Shown piece after piece: positions 30,272 through 40,692 of a DNA stretch of 64,000 bases. Made by a program: the position numbers and the translations under genes. The stretch lies in contig JALGVJ010000017.1 in the NCBI GenBank assembly GCA_029838195.1, forward strand, positions 96,001 through 160,000, read 5' to 3'. Each line of letters opens with the position of its first letter. Position 1 is the first letter of the stretch. Below the pieces are notes generated by a model. It was given only the letters and a program-made list of their open reading frames with translations. It searched no databases and had not been told where the DNA came from. The stretch comes from Promethearchaeota archaeon (GTDB lineage Archaea > Asgardarchaeota > Lokiarchaeia > Sigyniarchaeales > SOKP01).

Positions 30272-30859
30272 ATGTCGGAATATAACGGAGAAAATACTTT
30301 TATTGAATGCCTCTGGATATTAGATAGCCGTTCGGGAATCTGTATCTTTGAGCAAAATTATGTTGATATCACGAAAGATAACGTGTCGGTCGATATCATT
30401 TCAAGTTTTTTTTCTGCCATCTTAAGCATAGCAAGAGAATCGTTTGTCGACCAGATTCAATATATCAAGTTTTCAAAACGAAAAATTTTCTTCAAATTTC
30501 ATGAAGATCTTTTATTCATTATTTCGGTAAAAGATACACCACGAGGTAATGACTTTTGGGTTCAAAAAACCATTCAACAGATAGCTGAACAATTTATCGC
30601 AAAATACAAACCTCAATTAATGAATTTTGATGGAAATATCTCCCAATTTAATGGGTTTTCAGACGATTTGGAAAAAATCGTGAGAGAAAAACCCTTACCC
30701 TTGAGAATCCTGCAAGTAGAGCAACTAAAAGAAGGTTTCAAGAAGTTCATTTCCTTTCAAATTAAATTATATAAAAAACGAAAAAAGGCTTTCGAGAAAA
30801 TCATCGAGCAAATTAAAAAGGATTTCATGGATAATTATCGGTATTTAAATAAACTATAA
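30272..30859 (+). CDS. Longin-like domain protein (Asgard eukaryotic-signature type) with basic C-terminal helix
   Basis: 'LWILDSRSGICIFEQNY', 'IISSFFSAI.S.ARE', 'I...F...Y......FDGNISQF..F...L' pattern. Confidence 0.7.
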   Translation: MSEYNGENTFIECLWILDSRSGICIFEQNYVDITKDNVSVDIISSFFSAILSIARESFVDQIQYIKFSKRKIFFKFHEDLLFIISVKDTPRGNDFWVQKTIQQIAEQFIAKYKPQLMNFDGNISQFNGFSDDLEKIVREKPLPLRILQVEQLKEGFKKFISFQIKLYKKRKKAFEKIIEQIKKDFMDNYRYLNKL

Positions 30860-31025
30860 ATTATGCCTTAATTTCGCTTTTTTCCTTTTTTTTCTTTGAA
30901 TGAGCCCAACCTTCTTTATTTATTAATACATGGTAATGAGTTAACTATATTAAGAATCACATCACGTTTAATAATTATATGTGCTTTTTGTATCTAATAC
31001 AATTATAAAAATAAATGAAAAAATC

Positions 31026-32501
31026 ATGGCAGAAGATAAAGAATTAAAACGTGGGCTGAACTTGCCCATGGCTATTTTCATAATCATTGGAATGGTGATA
31101 GGTTCAAGCATCTGGATTTCTCCTGCAGCATGGCTGTCGAGAACCGGACCTGCTATTTTTATCTCTTATCTTATCGCCGTCATTCCTGCAATATTCGTGG
31201 CATACATCGCTGCATATATTGGGGCGGCGCTACCGGTTGCGGGGGGTACCTACATGATTAACTCACGCTTATTCAAGAGTAGTTTCCTGGGATTTTTAAG
31301 CGTTTGGTTAGTTATTTTAGCAGTAAGTGCTGCTTTAGCCTTTTTATCCGCGACTTTCGCTGTATTTCTCTCAGAAATCCTTCTAATTGCCGAGGAATCT
31401 AAAATGGCATTCGTGATTGGAGTAGGAGTTATTGTGTTGGTTGCTTTTTACATTCTGAACTTTTTTAAAGTGGAAATCACCGGGCTCGTGGAAATGATCA
31501 TCACGATTTTTGGAGATATCTTGGTAATGTTGATTTTTATTTTTGCTGCCATCCCTGCGTTTAAAGTCAAGAATTTTCAACCGCTCATGCCCTTAGGATT
31601 TAGTCCTGTATTGTTTGCCGCTTTAACTTTTTATTTTTCGTACACTGGTTTCACTCTTATCATCGACGTAGCCGGGGAGGTAAAAAAACCTCAGAGAAAC
31701 ATTCCTTTAGCTCTTTTAATAAGCATACCTCTCTTGACTATTCTTTATACCTTGCAAGCCCTGATGGTAGCGGGACTGCAGCCTTATGATCAACCGGTAG
31801 GAACGGTGACGGAAATCATCTTAACGGGAGGATTACTTCCTCAAGGCACCATTATTTTCATTACGATTCTTATTGCCATTGCAATCGCCTCGACCTTGCA
31901 TCCCTTATATTTGGCATTCTCCCGTGATCTCTTAATGGCAGGAAGAGATCAGTTATTTCCGGCTAAATTAGCTAAAGTACATGAAAGATTCAAAACACCC
32001 ATACCAGCGCTTACCGTTCTTTTCATTTTTGGACTTGCTTTTCTCCTTACGTTCATTCCAATATTCGGTCCTATTTATGGAATTGAAACAGCCGCCGTTC
32101 TCCTCAGCGCAATCACAGGAGTCACAGTTTTAATATTACAAATTCCTATTTGCTTCGGAGCAGTTAAATTCAAGCAGAATTATCCTGAATTGCATGAAAA
32201 ATCAAGATTTAAACCCAGTGAGAAAAAAATAAAAATCATGGGCTGGGCAGGAGGGATATCTTCCTTGGTTTTTGTATTATTGTTATTCACGGACCCTGAT
32301 GCAGGCACCATCGTATCATTAATTCTGTTTCCTTTTGCTGGGGTAGGTGTAATTTTATACTTTATTAGGAAACTCATGCTGAAAAAACGGGGAATAGAAA
32401 TCGCCACTATTGTAAAGACTTTTCCGGAGCAAGTTTCATTCGAAGAAGAAATTCCTCCTAAAAGTAAAATTGAGCGCTTAGCGGATGAGAAAGAACAATA
32501 A
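31026..32501 (+). CDS. APC-family amino acid permease
   Basis: 'LKRGL', 'GMVIGSSIW', 'PVAGGTY', 'AGEVKKPQRNIP', 'SR.L.....D.LFP'; likely start MAEDK. Confidence 0.92.
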   Translation: MAEDKELKRGLNLPMAIFIIIGMVIGSSIWISPAAWLSRTGPAIFISYLIAVIPAIFVAYIAAYIGAALPVAGGTYMINSRLFKSSFLGFLSVWLVILAVSAALAFLSATFAVFLSEILLIAEESKMAFVIGVGVIVLVAFYILNFFKVEITGLVEMIITIFGDILVMLIFIFAAIPAFKVKNFQPLMPLGFSPVLFAALTFYFSYTGFTLIIDVAGEVKKPQRNIPLALLISIPLLTILYTLQALMVAGLQPYDQPVGTVTEIILTGGLLPQGTIIFITILIAIAIASTLHPLYLAFSRDLLMAGRDQLFPAKLAKVHERFKTPIPALTVLFIFGLAFLLTFIPIFGPIYGIETAAVLLSAITGVTVLILQIPICFGAVKFKQNYPELHEKSRFKPSEKKIKIMGWAGGISSLVFVLLLFTDPDAGTIVSLILFPFAGVGVILYFIRKLMLKKRGIEIATIVKTFPEQVSFEEEIPPKSKIERLADEKEQ

Positions 32502-32980
32502 GAAAACACTTGAAACATGAACATGCCTTCAATACGTTTTTAATAATTTTTTTATTTTATTTGCATTTTTCTTTTAAAAGTTTTACTTTTGCTGAAGTAT
32601 AGATGATTCATTTCATTTTGTTTTATCTTCACTCGTCATTTATTTACTCATTCACCTCATTCTCGTGTTTTACTATTATCATTCCTCTTTTGAAACTTTC
32701 CATCTCATTTTCCTTTTTGCTTTTTTCAATTTAGAAGGATTATATAGCATTAATTCTTTCATTAGGCCGAAATTGAGAGAAGCCACGCTATTATCATGCG
32801 GGAAATGTCAAGTATTCTTATTATTAAGTATCAATAAACTATTTTTTTCTAATACAATTTTCTCACTTAATTTCATGGGTATTCTAAATTAAAATCAAGA
32901 ATTTAAAATGAGGAAAAAGAAAGCATGGAAAAAAAAAAGCTTTCCATGTTTCATTCATGAAATATATCAAGGTGCATAAA

Positions 32981-34603
32981 ATGGAATATGATATAATCAT
33001 AAAAAATGGGAAGATAATAGATGGCGCAGGCAATCCATGGTATCGAGGGGAAATCGGAATCAAAAATGGAAAAATCATGAAAATAAGGACTAAAATCAAT
33101 GAGCCTGCTGCGAAGATAGTTGATGCGAGGGGATTGATAGTATCTCCCGGCTTCATTGATATTCATTCTCATTCTGATCTCGTTTTGCCGATTTCAAGGA
33201 CGTTGGAATCCACGCTCCATCAAGGCATTACAACGAGCGTGGTTGGAATGTGCGGGGACGGCATGGCGCCAATTCCCCCCGGGAAAGAAGAGGAATTCAA
33301 AAAAATAGTAGCAACCATGGATCCTGCGCTTGCTGAAATGGAGTATCCTTATCACACTTTTGCGGAATATCTGGATTTTTTACAGAGAAAAAAAATTTCG
33401 GCAAATCTGGCATTTTTAGTTGGATATGGGAATATTCGCTTTGCTGGGGGTCAAGGGGGTGAAAATAGGGATGCAACCCCGGAAGAGATGGAAGCCATGA
33501 AGGGGTACTTGCGAGAGGCAATGGAGGCAGGAGCTTTTGGCATGAGCACGGGTTTAATTTATGCTCCTCAAATTTTTGCGAAGACGGAAGAAATCATTGA
33601 ATTAATGAAAATAGTCGCAGAATATAATGGATATTATTTTTCTCACATTCGCGGGGAGGGAGAAAATGTAATTAATGCCGTTAAGGAAGTCATTGAGATC
33701 GTGGAAAAATCGGGCTGCGCTGGGGGGCAGATTGCTCATCATAAGATATCAGGAAAAGCATTTTGGGGGAGGAGTAAGGAAACGCTTCGCTTGATAGAAG
33801 AAGCAAATGAAAGAGGAATAAGCGTGACATGTGATCAGTATCCATATAATCGGGGCATGTCCGATTTACCAACAGCCTTGCCGGGTTGGGCACGAGAAGG
33901 GACAAAAACGGAGATCTTGGAACGCATAAGGAATCCCGAAATCCAAGCAAGAATTCGAAAAGAAGTGGAAGAGGGTCTTTTGCAAGGGGAAAATTGGATC
34001 AAGGATGAAAGATTTGAAAACATTTATATTTCGTCGGTGAGCAAGAAGGAATGGGAGGATGTTATGGGAAAATCCATATCAGAAATAACTAAGATGAAAA
34101 ATTTTAAAGATGACTGGGAAACATTTTTTAAACTCATCATTGAAAATGAATTGGCGGTAATGGTCACGATTGAGTCCATGGGAGAGGAAGACATTCGAAG
34201 AATCATGACCAGTCGGTATCAGATGGTTGGAACGGATGGATTTGGCATTCCAGTAGCTTTTAGCAGGGGGGCATTTCATCCTCGTTGTTTTGGCACGTAT
34301 CCTCGGGTGTTAGGTAAATATGTCCGGGAAGAAAAGCTTTTAACGTTAGAGCAAGCTATTCGTAAGATGACGTCCTTTCCTGCTCAGAGGATTGGGATAC
34401 AAGATAGGGGATTATTAATAGAAAATAGTTGGGCAGATATCGTAATTTTTAATCCGGATACAATAAGAGATAGAGCAACCTATGAACGCCCGTATCAAAC
34501 TCCAGAAGGTATATCGCATGTCCTTGTAAATGGTGTAGTGATGATAAAAGATGGTAAGCAGAGTAAGAAAAAACCCGGCATGATAATAAGAAGGCCTACA
34601 TGA
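32981..34603 (+). CDS. N-acyl-D-amino-acid deacylase (D-aminoacylase) family amidohydrolase
   Basis: PGFIDIHSHSD, 'QGITT.V.G.CG', 'SHIRGE', 'AHHK', 'DQYPY', 'HPR.FGTYPRVLG'. Confidence 0.92.
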   Translation: MEYDIIIKNGKIIDGAGNPWYRGEIGIKNGKIMKIRTKINEPAAKIVDARGLIVSPGFIDIHSHSDLVLPISRTLESTLHQGITTSVVGMCGDGMAPIPPGKEEEFKKIVATMDPALAEMEYPYHTFAEYLDFLQRKKISANLAFLVGYGNIRFAGGQGGENRDATPEEMEAMKGYLREAMEAGAFGMSTGLIYAPQIFAKTEEIIELMKIVAEYNGYYFSHIRGEGENVINAVKEVIEIVEKSGCAGGQIAHHKISGKAFWGRSKETLRLIEEANERGISVTCDQYPYNRGMSDLPTALPGWAREGTKTEILERIRNPEIQARIRKEVEEGLLQGENWIKDERFENIYISSVSKKEWEDVMGKSISEITKMKNFKDDWETFFKLIIENELAVMVTIESMGEEDIRRIMTSRYQMVGTDGFGIPVAFSRGAFHPRCFGTYPRVLGKYVREEKLLTLEQAIRKMTSFPAQRIGIQDRGLLIENSWADIVIFNPDTIRDRATYERPYQTPEGISHVLVNGVVMIKDGKQSKKKPGMIIRRPT

Positions 34604-35039
34604 GCCCTTTCACGCTATCTTAAATGAATGTCGAAGAATCTTTTGGGGGATTATTTTAATTATTTCTTTTTTTTAAATTTTTTTCCCTATTGTGATGGGA
34701 TACGAAAGACTCTTATTTTCTAATATTTTCTAAAAATTACATTTTATCAGGCCATGAGGCCAGTCCTCCTCCACCATCTTCAAAATTAGAAGGTACCATG
34801 AAAGGATATTGTACATTAACCGCCCCCCTAAGAACAATGGGGTCATGTTCATTGTCAGGTGCCATGGATTTACCTGTATCCATTTGAAATCACGTATTTC
34901 CCTTCCAATTAGATTTTTATACACGTAATATTAAGTTATAAGTAAGGCTTAATTTTATTGTAATTAAATTGATTGCTGAAAAAATACAAAATAAATAAAA
35001 TAAATTCTTGTTTAACCTTAAAAACTATCTTGACTAATC

Positions 35040-36128
35040 ATGAAGCAACCAATAGCTATTTTGGGGGGTGGAAATGGAGGTCATCAAATGGCGATTGATT
35101 TAGCTTTGCGAGGACAAGATGTTATACTCTGCGAACACCCTCAATTTAAAGATAAGTTTGAAAACACGTTAAAGACAAGGACAATTGAATGCACGGGAAT
35201 GCTAGAGGCAAAAACGGAGATTTACAAGACCACCATTGATTTTAAAATGGCTTTAAGAGAAGCCGATCTGATATATCTCGTGGTTCCGGCAATTGCTCAT
35301 GAAACTTTTTTTGATCTCATGATACCACACCTCAAGGATGGGCACATTATCGTGATTTGGGCAGGTGATGCGGGAGCACTTCGATTAGCTAAGCGCTTGA
35401 GAGAAGAGGCTCCAAAATTGCGGGTAAAAATTGCAGAAACTAATACACTTCCCTATGGTACGAGACTAATTGGGCCTTCAAAATTGGATCTTTTTGTAAC
35501 GGCAAAAAAAATATTGTTCTCGGCCTTTCCTGCTTCAGACACCGAGGAAATTTTAGAAAGAGTAAAGGACACGTTTCCTGTGTTAGAACCCATTGATAAT
35601 GTTCTTTCCGTATCCTTTAGTAATCCCAATCCCACGGTTCATCCAGCTCCAAGCTTGTTGAATACGGGAAGGATTCAATATTCGAAAGGAGAATTTTACC
35701 TTTATCGTGAAGGGATTACGGAAGCCACTGGCAGGGTCATTAAAAAAGTATACGATGAAACCTTGGCAATTGCCAGAGCATTTGGGTTTAGAATGCGGGA
35801 ATTTGAAGATGAAGAGTTTAGAAATCCTTGCAGCATAATGTGCGTGGATTTCTGGGCACCTTTTGATAAAGCGGGGATTGTCTCTAACATGAAAGGGCCC
35901 TCCACGATCTATAATCGATATATCATTGAGGATTTACCATATGGATTAGTCCATCGTTCCCAACTGGGAGACGTCGTGAAGATCTCTACTCCCATAATAG
36001 ATTCGATTGTGAATTTAGGAGAAGCGGTATGTAATATGAAATTCTGGGAGGATAGAACTCTTGCTCACTTAGGATTGGATGGAAAGAACAAGGCAGAAAT
36101 CATGCAATACGTTCAAGAAGGGCATTAA
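35040..36128 (+). CDS. NAD/NADP octopine/nopaline (opine) dehydrogenase family
   Basis: GGGNGG, 'ETNTLPY', 'N.NP.VHP', 'FYLYREG', 'RYI.EDLPYGL'. Confidence 0.9.
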   Translation: MKQPIAILGGGNGGHQMAIDLALRGQDVILCEHPQFKDKFENTLKTRTIECTGMLEAKTEIYKTTIDFKMALREADLIYLVVPAIAHETFFDLMIPHLKDGHIIVIWAGDAGALRLAKRLREEAPKLRVKIAETNTLPYGTRLIGPSKLDLFVTAKKILFSAFPASDTEEILERVKDTFPVLEPIDNVLSVSFSNPNPTVHPAPSLLNTGRIQYSKGEFYLYREGITEATGRVIKKVYDETLAIARAFGFRMREFEDEEFRNPCSIMCVDFWAPFDKAGIVSNMKGPSTIYNRYIIEDLPYGLVHRSQLGDVVKISTPIIDSIVNLGEAVCNMKFWEDRTLAHLGLDGKNKAEIMQYVQEGH

Positions 36129-36971
36129 TACATGCTGCCCTTTTTATGGTTAATATCTAACTTTTTTTATTTATTTTCTAACATGTACCGAATTTTTAAA
36201 CATTCTCATTACATTCATTTATCAATGAAATCGAAAAAATTCAATAAAATTATTCGCTTACATGAATGAATTAGAACAGGATCTTAACACGTGATGAAAA
36301 CCTAAAATGATAATAAAAAATTAATGACGTTTAAATTCATTATCCGTCTCTTGAAAGATGTAGCTTTGCGGCTTTCGTTGCGACTTTTTTTATCGCTTGA
36401 ATAAACGAGTTCATGAATTCTATCCCCAAATTCTTTTTTCTTTCCAATCAAGATTTTTAAATTGATCTAATTCGTGTTTCCAATCAATTCTTTTGAAAAT
36501 TAAATCACTGCGCATTCTTTATTCTCCACTTTTTTGATTTTATCCGTAATCGTGCAGGTACGTTTTTCCTTGAAAAAAACCTTTAAAACTTCAAAAGCGT
36601 CATGATAATTCTTTTGTTTTTTAATCTCCTTCTTCATTATTCTTGGTGTTCCCTTTTAATTAAAAGATTTATTATGAGGATAGAATAATTAAAAAAATTT
36701 AAACATAAATTCTTAAGGAAAACTTTTACAAATCATCATTTTCTCGTTTTATTTTATATTGCCGTGAGAAGGAAGAATCGGAAAGTGTAATCAATAAATT
36801 TAAGTCTTTTCTAATTATTAATGCTCTTTTATGGGCAGATGAAACAACAACAATAAAATTTTTAAACTTAGCAAAGATTTATTTTAGCATTGGGTTTCTA
36901 CTTGATATTTTTTACTTAAATTAATAAAATAATATAGATTATAATTAAAAGAAAGATTAAAATGTGATTAT

Positions 36972-37979
36972 ATGGCCGTTAAAAATAAAGAATCCATAAT
37001 GGAAGTGGCAAAGATCAATCCGAAATTAGCGGAATTGCTCGAAGAAGATGCGAAGCTAAGTGAAATGGCAGCAGCCCAATTTGCGAAAATGAAAGGAATA
37101 TCCGTGGAGGATGCGATCAATAGAAGAGGAGATTGGGGCATTATATTAGAGTTAACCCGCTTTATATCCGATTATTTAGCCAAGGAAAATAATAAAAGAT
37201 TACCAAAGGATATTAAATTTGAACGAGTAGATGCTGGCGGCATTCCGGCAGAATGGATCTTAAATCCAAACGCTACGGATGAGGGAATTCTATTTCATTT
37301 ATTTGGAGGAGGATACATCATGGGAAGTTTGGAAACGAGAAGAACGAATCCCTCGATGATAGCACGAGCGGCTAATATACGTTGCTTAAACGTTCAGTAT
37401 CGCCTCGCACCTGAATATCCTTTCCCGGCAGCCGTAGAAGATTCGATTCAAGCATATAGATGGTTATTGTCGACAGGTATAAATTCAAAAAAAATAATTA
37501 TTGAAGGAGAATCAGCTGGAGGAGGTCTTTCAGTTGCCACCTTGCTTAAAATAAAAGAATTATCTTTACCCATGCCGGCAGGTGCCATTTTATTGTCTCC
37601 TTGGGTTGATTTGACTTGTAAAGGAAAATCCATTAAAACAAATGCGAAGTATGAACCTGAACTAGCATCTTCCGTGAGAGCCTTGGCAAGCCTTTATTTA
37701 AATGGCGCTAATCGAAAGAATCCGCTTGCTTCTCCACTTCATGGGGATTTGTCGGGATTACCCCCATTATTAATACAAGTTGGAGAAATAGAAGTATTAC
37801 GTGATGAATGCGTGGCTTTAGCAGAAAAGGCACGAGATGCTGGTGTAGATGTCACGCTTGAAGTATGGAAAGGCATGACTCATGTTTTTCAGAGTTTTGG
37901 TGATGCGCTTCCAGAAAGTAAAAAAGCCATTGAAAGCATAAAAGAGTTTATTCATCGAGTCCTCAACATTAAAAAATAG
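36972..37979 (+). CDS. HSL-family alpha/beta hydrolase (esterase)
   Basis: FGGGY, YRLAPEYPFPAA, GESAGG, 'LSPWVD', 'EVLRDE', 'GMTHVF'. Confidence 0.92.
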   Translation: MAVKNKESIMEVAKINPKLAELLEEDAKLSEMAAAQFAKMKGISVEDAINRRGDWGIILELTRFISDYLAKENNKRLPKDIKFERVDAGGIPAEWILNPNATDEGILFHLFGGGYIMGSLETRRTNPSMIARAANIRCLNVQYRLAPEYPFPAAVEDSIQAYRWLLSTGINSKKIIIEGESAGGGLSVATLLKIKELSLPMPAGAILLSPWVDLTCKGKSIKTNAKYEPELASSVRALASLYLNGANRKNPLASPLHGDLSGLPPLLIQVGEIEVLRDECVALAEKARDAGVDVTLEVWKGMTHVFQSFGDALPESKKAIESIKEFIHRVLNIKK

Positions 37980-38472
37980 AAATTCAGAATGGTGCCAAGG
38001 GGTTATTAATAATGCAGCATGAGCTTTACATGCCCTATTTTCATGTATCTTTTTTATTTGGAAAGAAATCGTGTCCATTTCTCCGAAACACTATCGAAGA
38101 AGATAAAATAATGGGGTCCATGATCCAGCAAATCTCTTCCTCTATTCTGCTTATCCAAAAGACGACATACTCCTTGATTTTTAGCACTATTAATACCTAA
38201 TTTCTTGAAGATATTTAAATCTCGTTAAGTCCATTTGGCTTCCAAATCAAGAATAGAATTAGTCATTTCTAATACTCATTTTTTTACATGATTGCGTTAA
38301 TTCTTTAAAAGCGAGATTAAATAATTAATAGTTTCATAGAGGTTTCAACTTACTGGATGACCTTTTTAAAAATATTATTTGGGACGTGAAAAAAGTACGT
38401 GAAACCCTCCTTTCACGATCATTCAAGTTAATTTCAATAAAAATAAAAATTAGAGTTAAAAAAAGAAATGAA

Positions 38473-38886
38473 TTAAGATTTGAGTTTCGAGAGAACTCGG
38501 TCTAATTCCTCATTAGTAGCACTCGTTTTAGGGAGGGATAATCTAATTTTCATGTCTCCGAACGTTCTTGGGATGATGTGTACGTGCGAGTGATTTATTT
38601 CTTGGCCAGCAGCTTTAAAATTATTTTGAACAACATTATATCCATCGATGTTTAATTTCTCATGAAGCAACATTGCAATTTTTTTGACTACTTGAAATAA
38701 CTTAGAAAGCTCATCGTCCGGAAGATCTTCTAACGTGTTATAATGCTTTTTTGGAATTACTATAGCATGTCCTTCCGAGATGGGATTGATGTCTAAAAAT
38801 GCCATGTTATCTTCATTTTCAAAAATAATTTTTGATGGAATTTCTTTTTGCACGATTTTACAAAAAATACACGTTTCATCACTCAT
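38473..38886 (-). CDS. HIT family protein
   Basis: CIFCKI, 'FLDINP...GH', 'AGQ...HSHVHIIPR'. Confidence 0.95.
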   Translation of the reverse strand: MSDETCIFCKIVQKEIPSKIIFENEDNMAFLDINPISEGHAIVIPKKHYNTLEDLPDDELSKLFQVVKKIAMLLHEKLNIDGYNVVQNNFKAAGQEINHSHVHIIPRTFGDMKIRLSLPKTSATNEELDRVLSKLKS

Positions 38887-39045
38887 TTTGAATGGCCCAT
38901 TTTCTTTTTCTGGTAGATTAAAATGAATAGAAATCTATTTTGAATAGGTTTTAGTGCTTTAAAAGTTTTAAGCTAAAAGCCTTTCTCTCAATGAAAGATA
39001 GCACCGTTCCTAATATTTTTTAAATATAAATACCTTTTAAATTGC

Positions 39046-40203
39046 ATGCCTTTAACAAAACGAAATCGCGTGTTTAAAACTTTAGAGCTCGATGGAGAAC
39101 CTGACATGGTTCCAATTCATACTTTAGGCTTTGAACAAACGGGCACGGCGTTCCAAGTCTTTTTGAAATCTAAAGAAAGAGAAAAATATCATGGACGGGT
39201 ACAATCAACTACTTCGAACGTGAAATATTACATTACTGAACAGAGATTCTGGAATGTAGATTTATATGCCATGGACCCTTGGCCCGCAAAACTGAAAGAA
39301 CGATCAAAAAAAGCCCCGCCGAAATATCCCGATTGTAGGATAAATCTAATTAATGGCAAGCTTTATAAAATCGTCAAACAAATAGAAACGGGTATAGATT
39401 ATTCGTGGTATATGGGAGGTTTTTATACCGATCCTGAAATAGTTCATTCTTATTGGGAACAATACGGCCGTCCTACAGAATTAATTAATGATAGGGTGAA
39501 TTACTCCCCTAAAGTTTGGGAAGGATTTGTTGAAGCCTTAGCCCCTTATTTTTATCCCGCGGCAATGCTACCGTTAGCCCCCAATGAATCTTTATTTGAA
39601 GGCATGACAATAGCAAAAGTGGCTTATTACATGAGAAAAAATCCTCAATTCATTCATGAAGTCATGAGTGAATATACTAATGTAAATTTAGAAATCATCA
39701 AGCGTTTTTCTGAAGCAGGAGTGGATTTAGCTTGGTTGTTTGATGATTTAGGCTATAAGGGTAAATCTATTTTTTCAATAGATGATTTCAAAAAATTCAT
39801 TCTTCCCTATTATAAAAAAATTTATGATGCTTGTCACAAACACGGCATGCTAATTATTCAGCATTCTTGTGGATACATTGATAAACTCTTGCCTTACATG
39901 GCTGATGCCGGACTGGATGCAATTCAGGCACTTGAACCTGCCGCTGGAGTAGATTTAAAAGCATTAAAAGAGAATTTAGGGGATAAAATATGTTTTATCG
40001 GAGGAATGGATTCTTCACGGGTTCTAAATTTTGGAACTCCTAAAGAAGTAGAGGAAGACGTAAAAAAATGCATTAAAGCCGCAGCTCCCGGAGGAGGGTA
40101 TTTTGCCGGGCCCTCCCACAATATCCTAAACGTTCCTTGGGAAAATATATTAGCGTTGAGAGATGCAATAGAGAAATATCGAAAATATCCTTTACGATTT
40201 TAA
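39046..40203 (+). CDS. Uroporphyrinogen decarboxylase / MtaA-CmuA (MT2) methyltransferase family
   Basis: 'FDDLG', HSCG, 'GGMD', 'GTPKEV', 'GGGY...PSH'. Confidence 0.85.
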   Translation: MPLTKRNRVFKTLELDGEPDMVPIHTLGFEQTGTAFQVFLKSKEREKYHGRVQSTTSNVKYYITEQRFWNVDLYAMDPWPAKLKERSKKAPPKYPDCRINLINGKLYKIVKQIETGIDYSWYMGGFYTDPEIVHSYWEQYGRPTELINDRVNYSPKVWEGFVEALAPYFYPAAMLPLAPNESLFEGMTIAKVAYYMRKNPQFIHEVMSEYTNVNLEIIKRFSEAGVDLAWLFDDLGYKGKSIFSIDDFKKFILPYYKKIYDACHKHGMLIIQHSCGYIDKLLPYMADAGLDAIQALEPAAGVDLKALKENLGDKICFIGGMDSSRVLNFGTPKEVEEDVKKCIKAAAPGGGYFAGPSHNILNVPWENILALRDAIEKYRKYPLRF

Positions 40204-40692
40204 TTTTTACTTTCTATATTATTTATGATTGTAGTAGATTTATAGTGGAATTATTATTAATCATCTTTATCGTTCATTTTTTTCAGAAGTAGGCATGTTG
40301 TAATGTAATGAATTACCCAAGATAATGATATTTTTTTCCTCTATCATTTAACATGATGATATCATAATCTTTTAATAGAATGATAAAGCACGGTAAATAT
40401 TGTCCAATAATCATTTTTATACTTGCATTCTAATAAGAGGGCTTAATTGAAAAAAATTAATTTTAATTCTGCTTAATGAGTTTAATTTAAGAAAATGGTT
40501 TTTAAAACCCATATATGTTCATGTACTTTTTGTAATATGAAATTCAAATCATCTTTTAGAAATAAAAGGCGCTCTTTTATATTAAATTAAAAATGATTTC
40601 ATTTTTAAATAAATAAATCTCTTTTTATATGGTAGAATACTTATTTTATTTATTAAAATTAATTTAATACTAAATATAGAAAAAGATTAAAA

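Noticed and set aside
34735-34900. Short minus-strand frame MDTGKSMAPDNEHDPIVLRGAVNVQYPFMVPSNFEDGGGGLASWPDKM
   Set aside because: Looks like a gene remnant, but no family could be recognised
36290-36640. Two tiny minus-strand ORFs (44 and 31 aa); similar debris at 38090-38270 and 29440-29560
   Set aside because: No motifs; cannot distinguish small proteins from decayed DNA
38398-38417. Inverted repeat CGTGAAA-N6-TTTCACG; also a hairpin at ~53345-53382
   Set aside because: Single occurrences downstream of gene ends, compatible with terminator-type hairpins; no further support
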